A DNA stretch of 64,000 bases, from contig JAKMXF010000329.1 in NCBI GenBank assembly GCA_024704765.1, positions 62,001-126,000 on the forward strand. Reading direction: 5' to 3'. Each line of letters opens with the position of its first letter. The first letter of the stretch is position 1. Below the pieces are notes generated by a model. That model ran no database searches. It saw only the letters and a list, made by a program, of their open reading frames with translations, and was not told the DNA's origin. Position numbers and translations under genes: made by a program. Shown here piece by piece: positions 1 through 13,980 of this stretch. This DNA comes from Oopsacas minuta (taxonomy: Eukaryota > Animalia > Porifera).

Positions 1-39
1 GAGAAATGAGATGAGTCTTAATTGACATGACTTGTGTAA

Positions 40-588
40 TTATATTGTACCTTCGCCTGTGTTTGGAATAAATATATTATCTACTTGACTGAAGATAAAT
101 TGGAGCTTAGCTATAACTGAGGAAGAATAGTTTTCGCTATCCTCTATGCTAGCTAAATCATTAACCTTCTCTACGTGTTGTTTAGCACGAGGAATATGAA
201 ATGAATGTGATTTAGTATGATGATCATCAGATACAGATTTTGAGGAAATTTGATGTAATAATGATTCAATTTGTCGAATATCATTAATCGAATTAAGAAA
301 AGTAGGTATGCTTTGTCCATAGAACCAGGCTGATATAGATAAAAATGAATTTATTTCTAGATAAATCCACTGACATAGTTTTATCAACAAGACGAGGAAG
401 AATAGACCTTGTACTAGAATTGTCAGTATGCCAACTAACCAATTATCTGGTAACACAATATAATACAACTCAGCTTTCAGATCCTGTAAATTTCCAATGA
501 TGAATTTGTGTTTGGCCTCATTCTCATACCTTAGACTAAGCTGAATGTTTTGATTCAACATTTCTTTCTCTTTTGATTCATAAGACAA
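40..588 (-). CDS. Possible exon of an unidentified host membrane protein
   Basis: 182-codon open frame with a hydrophobic stretch (WLVGILTILVQGLFFLVLLIKL); it ends at a possible splice donor (GAAG|GTACAA). Only a weak resemblance to an ABCC-type transmembrane-domain end; no diagnostic motif. Confidence 0.25.
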   Translation of the reverse strand: MSYESKEKEMLNQNIQLSLRYENEAKHKFIIGNLQDLKAELYYIVLPDNWLVGILTILVQGLFFLVLLIKLCQWIYLEINSFLSISAWFYGQSIPTFLNSINDIRQIESLLHQISSKSVSDDHHTKSHSFHIPRAKQHVEKVNDLASIEDSENYSSSVIAKLQFIFSQVDNIFIPNTGEGTI

Positions 589-665
589 ACGATTATGTGT
601 GCTTGTCGATGTTGATAAATGATAAAAGGGACAACCAAGAAGTAAACTGGGAATTGCCCCTTCTT

Positions 666-923
666 TCAGCTCAAGTTTATCGCAAGGTACACTAGTGAAA
701 GTACCGTCACCATTGGGGACATCATGAAATGCTCAAAATCTTCTTCACGGAAATGCTTGATACATACATTAATAACCTTGAGACGATCAATATGTTCATG
801 GTGAAGAGCGCGTATCGAGGCCTGTTTAAGTTCAGGTGGATTGTCTGGCATTGTGAATATATGCACTTTGTCATCTGGGCAATAATTACTTGTGCAACCC
901 GGGGTAGAACTGGCACTGGGCAT
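666..923 (-). pseudogene. THAP (C2CH) DNA-binding domain remnant, probably the 5' part of a P-element-type transposase
   Basis: MPSASSTPGCTSNY...HIFTMP...IRAL...VCIKHFREEDF matches the THAP pattern; the first Cys and the conserved Trp are substituted. Confidence 0.65.
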
Positions 924-1425
924 CAGAGATACAATACACAAGCAAATAGTGAGCAAAAGCGTAAATGGATCATAAAATGACTATAGATATGTGATGTACT
1001 ATCATTACTAGTAACTAGAGTATGTCAGTGAAAAAATGTTTTATTTGCATATATAACTATTATGCTGAATTGAAAGTACAATTGCATTATCTTACACCCC
1101 CCCCAATTTATTAAACTCGTTGAGGGAAGCAGATTGAGCTAAAGAAATTAAAAATCGGTTCACAAACAAAAAAGGTTGGAAACTTTCTTGTTCAAAAGCC
1201 AAAGTCTATCGAGAAAATTGAAATAGCACTGCAGCCAAAATAACCACAAAATCTATATTGATACAACATAGGTATGTGCATACAAGCTAGATAGCATGTT
1301 TATCACTTTAATCTATTAGCTACGTATCAGATTGCAATTATTCCTAAAATTAGGGTTTCTAAAGAATAATACGTAACTATATTCTCAAATGTAGTTCGGA
1401 ATTATACAATTGGAATGCTAACATC

Positions 1426-3044
1426 TTATACAACAGGATATTGACTTCTAATCTCAGCAATTATGTTTGCGAAGGCATTATCTCCATTGTTTTTCCTCCA
1501 ACAAACCTCTGGTAAGGTGTGTATCCAATAGTTCAGGGTTTGTGGCCATTGACCGTTTCAAATTTTCTTGGTTCCACCACAGGTACTTTCGATGCTTTGT
1601 GTATGTGCACCAGTTACAGGCCAACAAAGTTTCTACTGTGGTTTACAGTAAGATGATGGAATGTTGCAGAAGGAATGCTATGACAAGATACCCACTCATC
1701 GGAATGTATTGTAGTACCTGGCAAAATGTACTTCTCGATGAGCGGAACTAGGGTTGCTGCTGAACGATCCTGTACAGGTATCATGAACACTTCTTTAATG
1801 TCTCTGTCGATCCCTCCGAACACCCATTGTCCAGATAACATTCGCACTCTTGAGTACTTACGATGTTCAAATTTGCACTCATCAATGTCTACAACATGAC
1901 CATGTCCGCCAATTGGCTGATTGACGAGATATATTTCAACAGATAGGTAACGGAGAAAGTTCTTCCATTCTGTGATCGTGTGCTCACCTCAACCCAAGTT
2001 CTTGTTCAGGAAGGCAGTTGTTTGCAAATTTTCTGACGAGAAATAAATAAATTCTAAGAATTCTGTTAAAGGGAGATTTGAGTCTTCTACAAATGACCCA
2101 ACCCTCATAGATGCAATCTTCTTGCAAGCTTTCTCTGGACATCGCCAACCCCTCCCTTCAGAAATACCAGCAAATGTACCAGGTCGCATTGTGGATCCAC
2201 ATTTGCACTGCATGCCGTGAGCCAACAGATCGTATTGCTGCATCCAAGTGATGCATGTATCAGGATTAATTGTAATATTTTATACAATTATTTCAACGTT
2301 ATTTCTCCGATAACTGGATAAACTATTGGAGAAAAATTTAGGTTGGAAAGATGATGCCAGCATACAGTGGCGGATACAAGAATTTCTGGTGGGGGGGATA
2401 TCAACCCAGCTGGGGGGCACTGTAAGCCCCCAAGTGGGGTCCAGGGGCAAAGCCCCTAGCCACCCAACTAACTGCAATTTCATGTGTATTTTATTCTATT
2501 TTCACTGATTGAAGGTCTTTCCTATATTCCACTTGTATCCAGTTTAGATTACTACATTTAATCTATATCATCTAATAGCGTAAGATGACTGACTGGAAGT
2601 AGCATTTGAACTGAAATAATCCAATAAACATTTTCTTTTGGGATCCATAATCAAATTTGGTTATATCTAGATTTACAAAAATGAGAAAAAAGTCAAAGTA
2701 CAAATAGCTATCAGGCCACACGCAAGCAAATTAAAATGGTCAGGGAAAGTTGAAAAGTGGTCAAACCTGTTCAGAGTTATACAAGCAAAGGTAAAGGTGA
2801 AGGCAATTACCTAACCTAGCGCTATATATATATGTACATTATACTAATTTCACAACCGAGAGAAGTTAAGTAGCAACAAATAATTGTAATAACGCTATAA
2901 ATCAAGGACATGATTGAAATATTGTATGAAAAATAAAAAAAATAATCAGAATGAATTCGAAACACTAGGAGGACAAGGTCTGGTGGGGGGATATATCCCC
3001 CTATCCCCCCCTGGATCCGCCACTGCCACCATAGGAACAGCCAT
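1426..3044 (-). pseudogene. Merlin/ISXO2-like transposase, frameshifted and split by a MITE
   Basis: N-terminal CKCG...WRCPEKAC..SMRVGSF zinc-ribbon region; core GQWVFGGIDR...DRSAATLVPLIEKYILPGTTIHSDEW...HLTVNHSRNFV and HTQSIEST motifs. Confidence 0.85.
2365..3025. mobile_element. hAT-type MITE (661 bp) inserted in the Merlin gene
   Basis: Ends CAGTGGCGGATAC and GGATCCGCCACTG; 8-bp TSD CCAGCATA/CCACCATA (7/8). Confidence 0.85.
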
Positions 3045-4033
3045 TACTCCTTAGAAATATGAATTTGAATTATCAGTGATGAAATATAAATAGCATGTTT
3101 ATTTTACTAAATGGAGTTTGCATCTATATTTAAATCTAAACATATATGGCTGGGTTTCAAGAGGCGAAGTTTTGGTAATTATGGGATGCCAAACCACATT
3201 TAAAGTTGTTGTACGACAGTTGCACAAAGCCATATATTAACTAATATATTTATGTATAGGCTGTTAGCATTCCAATTGCACAATTACAAACTACATTTGA
3301 GAATATAGTTACGTATTATTCTTTAGAAACCCTAATTTTAGGAATAATTGCAATCTGATACGTAGCTAATAGATTAAAGTGATAAACATGCTATCTAGCT
3401 TGTATGCACATACCTATGTTGTATCAATATAGATTTTGTGGTTATTTTGGCTTCAGTGCTATTTCGATTTTCTCGATAGACTTTGGCTTTTGAACAAGAA
3501 AGTTTCCAACCTTTTTTGTTTCTGAACCGGTTTGGATTTCTTTAGCTCAATCTGCTTCTCTCAACGAGTTCCATCACGGTGTATATACAGCTTTTTACCC
3601 TCCCAAAGAATTTGGGGTGTAGGATAGTGCAAACGTACCCAAATCAGAATTTGAAAAATATAAAATGGTTGGTTAATAAAATCAGTTAATAATTTATCCC
3701 TGGTACAAAAAATGAAGTTACTGTTAGACCTTATATTTAGTAGGCTATGACTCAGGAAATTCGTGCCTCGAATCCACCGAATAGTTAAAATTCTTAGGTT
3801 TAATTATCCATGGCCGATCCAAATTATATTGAATGGCCTTCTGTGCCACCACTAATCACGCTATGTCGCTTTTCGTTAGTAATCTCGACGCTTCGTACTT
3901 TGGGGTTTTACGAAATATGTAAATTCATCTTGACGTAATAATCCAATGATGAGTTAGATTTTGGTGAGAATCATGCCTAGGGATATTTGTCACATTGAAG
4001 GGTACCTATGATTCAAAATTTACAACTTCTATC

Positions 4034-7000
4034 CAGTGGCGTAACTAAGGTTTGGGGGGCCCCTGTTCAAATTATGGGCGAGGCCCATCAATTCAAACTA
4101 TAATTCACAATTTTCATGAGTTCGGAACTTTCCTATGTTTTTCCAAATTCAGAACCCACCTTCTCACTTGTAAGAATGGTTTTCAGACGCATGGATGCCT
4201 ACACTTGTCACAAGCCATTAAGCCGATAATGGTATACATATACGTATATTATTCTAGTACAGGCTTGTCTAACCTACGGCCCGCCAACATGCTCGGGAAC
4301 TGTTACCAGTTGGTGGCGATATTTAATTGAGTGAAACCTATTTGAGCGAACTCAATTAAGAGAAACCCAATATTGCGAAACCAAATTGAATGAAACCAAT
4401 TTCAGAAAAGTGTGATTTCAATAACTTAAAAACCCTTAAATAAATTTTTTAATTTAGTTTTTATCGAGTAATTATCTGTCACATAACTGGGTTTCTCTCA
4501 TCTGGAACAGCTCATATAAATTCCAAATAATAAACCATCTCAAACAATATTAAAATAACTACAAAACAAATATGTAAACTCCCGTGATTAAAGCAAAGAA
4601 AAGGAAATTGATAGTGAATGTCGAGTTTTCAAATCCTCATGGACATTAGATTTTTCGTCGTAGACACAACGAACACTTATTGTGCTTGGTATGTTAGGAG
4701 AAGATAGCTGTCTTCAAAGAGTATAATATCAAACGACATTATTCTACTAAACATGCAGATACATTTGACACGCTTACAGGTCAGGTGAGAATCGATCGGG
4801 TGAACCTGTTGAAAGAGAGATTAACAGTCAACAATCTTTCTTCAAAGCCGTTAAATTAAGTTCTGAGACAGCAACAAAGATGAGCTTTCTGATAACAGAA
4901 GCGATAGCCAGAGTGGAAAACCATTGTCTGAAGGGGAATTTATAAAAGACTGCTTAGACATATTTGCATCTGTGGCATGCCCAGATAAGAAGTCGATAGT
5001 AGAGAGCATCAGTCTGTCACATCAAACTGTTGTTAGAAGAGTAGATTATTTATCATCCAACATTGAAATTTCATTAATTAAACGACCCAATGATTGCAAA
5101 TTTTACAGCTTGGCCCTTGATGAAAGTACCGATGTAAGCGACACAGCTCAACTGGCAATCTTTGTACGTGGTGTCACAGAAAATTTCGAAATAATCGAGG
5201 AACTGCTCGACTTATGTCCAATGAAAGACACAACTACAGGGCAAGATATTTTAAATGTAGTAAAACATGTGTTTACCAAATTCAAACTTTCAGATGAAAA
5301 GCTGAGTGGTTTACAACCGATGGAGCCCCTGCTATGACAGGAGAGCATAAAGGTTTTGTTAGCCTTATGCTCAAATCAAGGACCTCTCCTGTTATGACAT
5401 ACTACTGCATTATTCATCAAGAACAGCTTTGTGCAAAAACCTTAGATATGAAACATATGATGGAAAATGTCGTCAATACAGTCAATTTCATAAGGTCGAA
5501 GCCACTCAATCACAAGACAATTCCAAGCGTTTCTTGCAGAGGTAGGATTAGACTATAACGGTGTTATTTACTTTAGCCAAGTTCGCTGGCTCAGCAGGGC
5601 TTCTACTCTAGCCAGATACTAGTCGCTACTTGAAGAAATAAAAACATTCATGACCATTAAGGGAATGGATGTGAGCTTTCTGGACGATGATCAGTGGTTG
5701 AATGATCTCGCATTTCTAGTTGACATAACTAAGTATCTCACAGATTTAAATCTGACACTACAAGGAAGAAAACAATTCGTTTACAACCTGCATGAGCATG
5801 TCAAAACGTTCATCAACAAATTGCAATTATTCCACCAACAATTTATTTTGAAAAAGGTGATACATTTCTCAACATTATCTTCAAGAAAAAGTGAGGCAGT
5901 GAACCATAACAAGTATTGTGCACTGATCAATAGCTTAATCGATGGATTTAAACTAAGATTTTCTGATTTTAGTGACAAATTCGATGAAATGGAGTTGTTT
6001 GCAGATCCGTTTGGAATTGACGCCACTAATGCTCCTGAAATGTTCCAACTGGAATTAATTGAAATTCAAAATAACTAGGAGAGAAAGCGAGCTTTTGCAG
6101 AGCATGACCTTCTGACATTTTATGGTCAATATGTTACATCGGATCTATTTCCTCATTTATCGAAACACGCCCTCAGGTTCCTTTCCTTATTTGGCAACAC
6201 GTATTGCTGTGAACAGCTTTTTCTCAATGAGAACAAATGTTAAACACAAATCTAGATCACTCCTGACAGGCACTCATGTATCAGGAATATTACGGATACG
6301 ACATCAAGTGTACGAGCAGATATTGACTCTTTGTGTAAACAAAAACAAAGTCAGATATCCCATTAGATATGTTCTTTATCTTTAAAGTTTACTATAATTT
6401 AAAAAACATGTAGTGATTCTTCAATTCTGAAATAATCTGTATTAGCGCCATCCTCAAATAAATAACATCATGCTACCTTAATATATCCAATATCGTGCGG
6501 CCCTCAAGTAGTTAAAGAAGCCCTCATTTGGCCCGCGAACAAAATTGTTGGACAAGCTTGTTCTAGTACTTAGATGGGAACAAAACATAATATAAGAACG
6601 TTTTGCTAATTTATCTATTCTTGTTCAGGGGTGCTCTGGAGCGAGAGAAGCGAACAACGGTAAGGTAAGGGTTCTGGGGGTGCAAGCCTCAGAAAATGTT
6701 TGATTTTTAGACCCTCAAACATTGATGTACAACTATTCTTGTCACATAGTAGGAGAAATGTAATAGTGTCAGTTGAACCAAAGTTGTTTAGCTGTTTATG
6801 TTTAGATAACATGATAATTTTATTACATAATTATATGTATACTATTTAGTGAATACAAATTTTGTCTGCTAATACATTAGTCATTTGGAGTCTTTTGAGA
6901 TATCGTGTGGAAAACTCGTTTAATGAATAATTGTGGAAATTGGATAGCATTCTGTAAATAACATTCTAAAAATGCTCTGCGGTTATTAAGGAAAATCGAA

Positions 7001-7335
7001 TTATAAATAACAACATATCCCTTTTGGAAACCAGTTATGAGGGGGGTGTTTGAACACCCAAATACCCTTCAATTCGCCACTGCTTGTTTTCATTTTCCCC
7101 TCTCTTTGCATTACAAGAAACATCTTTTCTCTTCATTCTTTCTTATACTCTGAAGAGAAATACTGTTATATGAATGAGTAATAAGAAAAATTATCTAAAA
7201 TAAGTTGACTGTTACAAGTCGGGCGAAAGCAAATTAAAAGTGCTCAGACGACATCACACATAGAATCGTACAGGCCAAGGCTGAAGTCGAGAAGAAGAAA
7301 CTGGTTCTGCCGGGCTTGGAATTATTATATTTAGT
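4034..7335. mobile_element. Left part of a CAGTGGCGTAAC-ended hAT-type non-autonomous element; its other end lies inverted at 14264-14388
   Basis: Starts CAGTGGCGTAAC preceded by CTTCTATC (4026-4033). The second CAGTGGCGTAAC at 14264 is preceded by GATAGAAG, the exact reverse complement, giving an 8-bp TSD once the inversion is undone. Confidence 0.7.
4260..6560 (+). mobile_element. hAT Charlie/SPIN-type transposon (GTF2IRD2/ZBED5-like transposase, degenerate)
   Basis: TIRs CAGGCTTGTCTAAC / GTTGGACAAGCTTG; perfect 8-bp TSD TTCTAGTA (4252-4259, 6561-6568). Fragments YSLALDESTDVSDTAQLAIFVRGV, CIIHQEQLCAK, VRWLSR, WLNDLAFLVDITKYL. Confidence 0.92.
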
Positions 7336-7337
7336 TA

Positions 7338-8669
7338 TAGGGACATTCAATCAATACTAATCACTGTATATTTTTAATGAAATAGCAGTTCTAAGCTAGT
7401 ATTTCTCAGTGCAATTATATAGAACCATATTTCAACTTTCTAACAAAACTTAGAGAGAGTTGATCACTCAATTATTTCCCAAGTTTCAGTTATTTTAGAA
7501 ACCTACATTTTCTCCTTTACATTTTTCATGGCTTCTTGTCCAATTTTTCGGAACTTGAACAACGAACGTACATCAAATTTCGCACCATTCTCGAAATCCC
7601 TCCAAAGTCTATTCATGACGAGTTGGCAACGATATGTGGAGAAGATACCTTATCGTATTCAACTGTCAGAAGGTGGGTGAGCCTATTTAGGGAAGGTAGG
7701 ACCTCTGTCCAAGACGCCCCTCGTCCTGGAGCACCAAAACTAGCGATCAACAATGACAAATTGAGTGAAGTAAAGGAATATCTCGAGTCTTTTCCGCATT
7801 CTTCGGTTGAGGAGGTAGCTAACTATGTTGGCATTTCAACGGGAAGTGCACACACAATTCTGAAGGCGGATTTAGAACTGAAGAAGGTCCAAGTGCGATG
7901 GGACCACATTGCTTAACTTTTCCACAAAAGGCCGCGAGACTCCAAATGGCTAAGGAAAACCTTGAAATTTATGAAGGAAGTGACCCTAGGCGGTTATTAG
8001 AGATAGTAACAGGAGATGAAACATGAATACAATTCAAACCACAGATCAGTAAGCAAGATGGCAGGGTATGGCTAAAGAAGGGAGAGGTGCCCCCAGCTGT
8101 TTGTGTGCCCGACTTCCGTGCGCCGAAGGTCTTGTACTGCATATTTTTCGATGGCCTAGGTCATGTAGCCCAAATCCCTGTTCCCAAAGGTCAGACACTC
8201 ACAGGACAATTTTACGCAGATGTGGTGTTGCCTGAGGTCGAAAAACATTATCTTAAGCGTGATCCAGAGACTGGAACTCGTGGTCTCAAATTTTGCACGA
8301 TATCGCTAGACCCCATTAATCTTTGGTTGTAAGGTAAAAAATTAAAGATATGGGTATGCACGAAGTTCCACATCCACCTTACTCCCCTGATATTGTCCCA
8401 TGTAACTTCTGGCTGTTTAGAAAACTCAAAGATAACCTCTCCGGACGCGAATTTGAGGGTCTGCCCAGCCTTGGTCGGGCAATTTACAGATACCTTGAAG
8501 TCATACCCAAGGATGAATACAGAAAGACATTTGAAAATTGGATTAATAGGCTAAATTCAGTTGTAGCGTATAAAGGAGACTACTTTGAACATTCATAGCA
8601 AAAATTACCAACTTTTCACAAGTATCTATAGTTTTAGCTGGTATGATTAGTATTTATTGAATGCCCCTG
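7338..8669 (+). mobile_element. mariner element (1332 bp), inactivated transposase
   Basis: TA flanks; TIR of type CAGGGGCATTCAATAAATACTAATCA. HTH ORF 7536-7916, IVTGDET, LHDIARPH (frameshifted), HPPYSPDIVPCNFWLF (third Asp changed to Asn); stops and frameshifts. Confidence 0.95.
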
Positions 8670-8671
8670 TA

Positions 8672-11435
8672 ACTCAATGGTCCCATTCAATAATTACATA
8701 GGATTTCATTTATTCTTTTATCAGTTTTTGTTTTTCTTCTTAAATTGTGAAAATTCAGGTTAATAATGCTAACACACCCAAACGAACGAATATCGAATAT
8801 GCGTTTCAGCCCTAAAATCAATAGTACCACCTACCATAATATTATTTTACCAACCTATTTCAATATTTAATATACTTAGAAGTATACTATTGTAGTATGG
8901 ATATCAGGCGATTCATTTCTGGAAAGCGGTCGAACAATAACCTACAAGACATGGATGAATGTACATCTGAAGAGCTTTCACAGATAACTAGTGAAAGATG
9001 TTTGCCATCCTCCTCTCAAAATCCAGAAGTTACCAGGCATGATCCAACGCCACCTCATTCGAAAAAGTATCATATGTCATCTAGTGAGCAGAGAAAGCAA
9101 TATAAGGCTAATCTTTCATATAAAAATGAGTGGGAAAAATCTATCCCTGGGTAATTTGCGAAGATCCTAGAAAAGGTGTGTTCTGTACCATCTGCCAGAA
9201 GTGGGGCAATCCATCTGCTGGATCAAGGGGCGCTTGGACAAGCAGGGGAGTTACTGACTGGAGTCATGCTACTGAACTATTGAGAGCACACGGAGAGTCA
9301 CGGTGTCATAGGGATGCAGCAGTCACTGCTGGTATGTCAAAGCAGGTGGAGTGCGGGAAATCAGTACTTGAGCTGCAGTGTTCTGCTGCTGCAAAAGAGG
9401 CTGCATGCAGAGCAGAGAGGAATCGCAGCATCGTGCTTAAGTTAATGAGGTCAATCTATTTCCTAGCAAAAAACAAAATTCCTCACACCACTGTTTACCC
9501 AAATTTAATTGCCTTGCAAGTTGCCAATGGAGATGCATTGCTGGAAGAGCACCTCACTCATGGTGCCTCCAATGCTCAGTACACCTCAAAGTTCAGTGCA
9601 GTTATGCTTCTGGATGCTCTTGACACGTGGCTTGAAAGAAAGCAAATACAGAGTCTAAGGTCAAGCCCGTGTTTTTCTATATTAGCAGATGAGTGTCAGG
9701 ATATTTCCACACAGGAAGAGCTATCAATCTGCTGCAGGTGGATTGTGGATGGCTATCCAGAAGAACACTTTGTAGATATACTTCATGTCAAGGATGCAGA
9801 TGTTGCATCAATCACACAAGCTCTCACAACTTTCATTGAGGTGAACAATCTCGACTATAGACGTTTAGTTGGGCAAGGCTACGATGGGGCAGCAACTTTC
9901 TCTGGTTGTACAAATGGTGTCCAAAGAAGGATTAGGACACACTCAGCACATGCAGTCTACATACACTGTGCATGCCACCGACTTCAGCTGGCATCTATTC
10001 AAGCTGCTGAGCCCATCACTGTAATCAACAAAATGTTTGGCACAATGACCAGCCTGTGGAAACTATTCTACTATTCGCCAAAGAAAGCAGAAGCTCTCAA
10101 GGTCGTTCAGTCAGTTCTAAATTTACCTGAGCTGAAGGTAGTAAAGCCAAGCAGTACGAGGTGGTTGTCCCATGAGCGGTGTCTAAGTGCAATCCGTAAA
10201 GATCTTCCTGCTCTTATTATCACTCTCCAGCAGCTCTACCAGACGTCAGGAGATGCAGAAGCATATGGAATTTCTCTTATCTTGAGCTCCATATCCGGAG
10301 TAGCTAGTATTTTTCTTTATCAGAAGTATTTGATCTCCTTGCTAGGCTTAATTGCTACATGCAGAGACAGACTTCTGACTTTAGTAGGCTACCTTTGATT
10401 CTTAAAAGCATTATAAAAGCGCTAGAGGAACTCAAGGAAGAAAAAGCCGACTGGTGTTCTAGAATGCTCACTCAGGTTGACCAGCTAGAGATCGATCATG
10501 GAATCATGATTACAATGAGTCGCTCAGCTCGTAGCTTTGTGGATGTGCTAGTGTTGGATCTTTAACTGATTATCGTAACAAGGTTGCTCTTCCTTATGTC
10601 GATGCTTTACTACACAACATCGGCAACCGATTCTCGGGTGAAGCGGTAGATCTCCTTGTATCATCCTCTGTTTTCAATCCAGCATCTCTTCCTTCAGAAG
10701 AAGCAGCTTTACCAGATTATGGTAAAAGAGAAGTGGAAGTTCTGGCCCAATTTTATGGTAATGAAGCTATAGTTGTCCATAATGGTGTAACTTTCTCTTC
10801 TCCGCCACTTATTGACAAAGATGAAATTGCTATTGAATGGCGCTTGTTCAAGCGAGCATTGATTCAAGAATCAAGGTTGATCAGGGAAAAAATGAGACTA
10901 CCAAGACACCAAGCCTACAGGATGTCAAAGTTCACATGGAGTCATCTGGAGCTTACACTGGAATATTTCCAGAGACATTCAAGTTACTCAACATAATTCT
11001 TGTTCTTCAAGTAGGAACAGCTTCAGTTGAGAGATCTTTCAGCCACATGAAGCAAATTAAAACAAGACTTCGAAATAGACTTAATGATGCTAATTTAGCT
11101 CATTTAATTAGGATCGCAATTGAAGGGCCAGAACTATTCTCGGTTAACTTTGATGAAGTTCTTAAAGTATTTAAAGAGAAAAATCGTCGAATACAGTTAT
11201 AGTTTAGCATATAATTATTAGTGATAGCAATATTTTAATCTCCCTATTTTTGTGATCATAATTAGTATATATTGAAGTATCACACATAGCATCTTTGTTG
11301 TAATGTCACACGTTCAATATTATTGTTTAATACACGACAAACAATAATAACCTACTCAAATTCAAGATTTCTGGGGGGGATAATTGTGCCTGGGTGGGGA
11401 AGGTTCCAGGGCCCCCCCCTCCGTATGAAACCCTG
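8672..11435 (+). mobile_element. hAT transposon with ZNF862/ZMYM1-like transposase (ORF pieces 8897-11202); 5' end displaced to 15725-15958
   Basis: TTF-type zinc finger (FCTICQKW), FSILADECQDIS, GQGYDGAA, YIHCACHRLQL, STRWLS, TASVERSFS dimerisation motif; several frameshifts. Right TIR CCGTATGAAACCCTG ends at 11435. Confidence 0.9.
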
Positions 11436-11508
11436 CTTGAAAATTATGAATAATCCAGACATTAAGGTATGAATTTGGCAGGTCCAGATTACGAGGACTT
11501 ACTAACAC

Positions 11509-13980
11509 CACGGTTGGGTTCAAGTACTTTTGAAAGTACTTAAGTACAATTACAAGAACTTTTGGAAAGTACTTAAGTATAATATTTAGTAATTTTGAAA
11601 TTTAATGGGAATTAATATTGCTGATAGACGATAATTAGTTCTATGTTCAAACAAAACAAATATAAATGAATAATTAAGATCAATCCATATTAGACCTAAG
11701 AAACATCAGTGTTTCAAAAGTTTTGTCAGAAAGATTGCATCTATCTGGACGAAAGACCTTTCCAGCGATACTGAAAAGGCGCTCAACAGGAGCAGATGAC
11801 GCTGGAACTGCTAGATGTTTCATGGCTAATACGGCGAGTTTTGGTCATGTATCCGCATGATCTTTCCAGAACGCAAGTGGATTAGTGTTTCCTGGAATAG
11901 TTGATTTGAGTAAACATTCTCTAAGCTGTGATTCATCCGTGTACATATTTCCTGTGTCTTCTTCATCCGAATCGATAAACGGAAAAAATTTAGTTCTGTT
12001 TGATTTTGGTTGTTTACTTTCGCACTTTACTAGCACAGGGCGGTCTGATTTGCTGTTTTCAATATTGTACAACTTGAACAATAGTTCACTTTTGTGTGAT
12101 CTCTTTCATTGCCATCTTTGAACCACTTCAGTTTAAAACGCGGGTCGAATATACTAGCTGTCGTGTATGTATCTTCGGATTCATAAATGGTAAGTCGACG
12201 TTCAACTGATTCTGCAAGTTCTTTTATTAAGGCGTTAGAATATTTCATGCGAGTTGTTGACAATTGACCCCTTATACCTCTTATACATGGGATAACTAAG
12301 CTTCAAGATACTCTGTTCTCAATTTGGGCAATATCGGTCGCTTCCTCAAAAGGGGATAGGATTTCCACAAAAATTTCTGCGTGTTTCGTTCATATGTTGC
12401 TATCTTGGCAGTGTCAAGGGCGTTTAATTTATCTTGATCAACTTTAAGGATTGACTTAATCATAAATAGTTGTGAGTTCCAACGAGTAGGGAAGCTTGAC
12501 TGTAACCTATTCTCACCAATCAGTACATCTGTGGCAACAGTTGACTTGCGTACATGTGATACGATTGTAGATCCTCAAAATAACCTTCGAAAAAATATTA
12601 GCTTTGTTAAGTCTATCCTTTAATACAAGTTGAAGTGTATATGCAATGCAAGAGTGCGAACTGGAGGGAGTAAAGCAAGGGCATCATCTTCTAATCCAAA
12701 AATTGGATCACCTTAGTTTTCAATATCATCTTCGCTGTCACTTTGATCGGATTCCTGCTGTAGAGTGTCGAACCCAGGTAAACTGAATCATTTACCATAT
12801 TGTACGCGTTGTCAGTAATGATGGTCGAAATTTTGTTGTTGATTTCAAAAGAAGCTATCATTTCCTGAAATTTGTCATATATGCTGCAAGCAGAATATCT
12901 ACCTGAGAATCTGTGACATGCAACCATTATGGAATTTATTTTCCAGTCCAAGATGAAGTGACCAGTAATCCCTATATATCTTCATCTGTCCGTTTGACCA
13001 AAGGTCAGTAGTCAGAGCAATACTAGAAACTTGTTCAACCTTTTTGGCAATATTTTCGTGGATCTTTCTATAGTTTCCAGCTATCAGTTTAGTGGAAAGA
13101 TGCTTTCTGGTAGGTACTTGGTATTTAGGGTCCAACTTGTATATAAAATTTCGAAATCTTGAACTCTCAACAACTGAGAGTGGGAACAAATCCCCTGCAA
13201 TAAAATTCACAAGTTCATCAGTAAATCAAGTTGATGTAAATCATAAGGGGGATAATTTTATTCGAAGTGGTTAGTAGGTTAAGTTTCAGTTGTTTGTCTT
13301 CCGTTGGTTCTTTAAACTGTTGAGTTCTTCATACTTAATATGGTGATTTCGTTTTATATACTTAATGAAGTTGGATGTTGCTTTTAAACAACCTGAAATT
13401 TATTTCAGACAAATATTTGCATGTTGCTTTGAAATTCCCATCTAAATTATCCGGTATATCAAAGTACTTTAATACGTCAGGAAGCTTTCTGCTAGCCATA
13501 ATTGAGTTTGAAGAAGAAATATCAAAAATCATCCTGGAAACCATCTCCAGATATACTTAATTAATTATAATATGTGAGATATCCATATAATGAATATGCG
13601 TAATGAAAAGAAACCTAATTGTGTTTGCGATTGATTCCTACCATTGTTTGTTACTTTTAGCAAAGTTTGTACTGCTTAGCTTAATAAATATACCACACAT
13701 CATGGATAATCTAGTGAGCTTTCCCTGCAATGATCAACAATGGAAACTATAGTGTTGATCAATAAATTGGCAACAAAGCCAACAATCATTCTAGTTAATA
13801 GTAGAAGTTCTATAAAGTACTTGAAAGAGTACTTGAAAAGTAATTTAAATTACTTAGTACATTGGGAAAGTATTTAAGTACAAGTACAAGTACATTGGAT
13901 TAAACGAAAAAGTACTTAAGTACAAGTAAAGTGCTCAAAAAATGTGTACTTAAGTACAATTGTAATTTAACCCAACCCTG
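11509..13980 (-). mobile_element. hAT Ac/hobo-type (ZBED1/4-like) transposon, degenerate
   Basis: TIRs CACGGTTGGGTT / AACCCAACCCTG; TSD ACTAACAC/ACTAACAT (7/8); subterminal AAGTAC(TT) arrays. BED-finger remnant, LFPLSVVES, ALTTDLWS, TDNAYNMV, FDPRFK, PASSAPVERLFS. Confidence 0.9.

Larger units (their letters stand above)
1075..3639 (-). mobile_element. Merlin (IS1595/ISXO2-like) DNA transposon with long TIRs, degenerate
   Basis: Tips AGTACAATTGCATTATCTTACACCCC (1075) and rc GGTACGTTTGCACTATCCTACACCCC (3639) match at 21/26. Near-identical inverted arms at about 1115-1396 and 3288-3570. Internal ISXO2-type transposase fragments. No TSD recovered. Confidence 0.8.

Noticed and set aside
1614-1847. 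Bacterial IS1595 or contamination
   Set aside because: Long TIRs, a nested eukaryotic MITE and a surrounding eukaryotic TE landscape indicate Merlin.
7075-7082. CGCCACTG at 7082 as the right end of the element starting at 4034
   Set aside because: The flank CTTGTTTT does not match CTTCTATC, whereas the end at 14264 gives a perfect 8-bp TSD; 7082 is left as an unpaired end.
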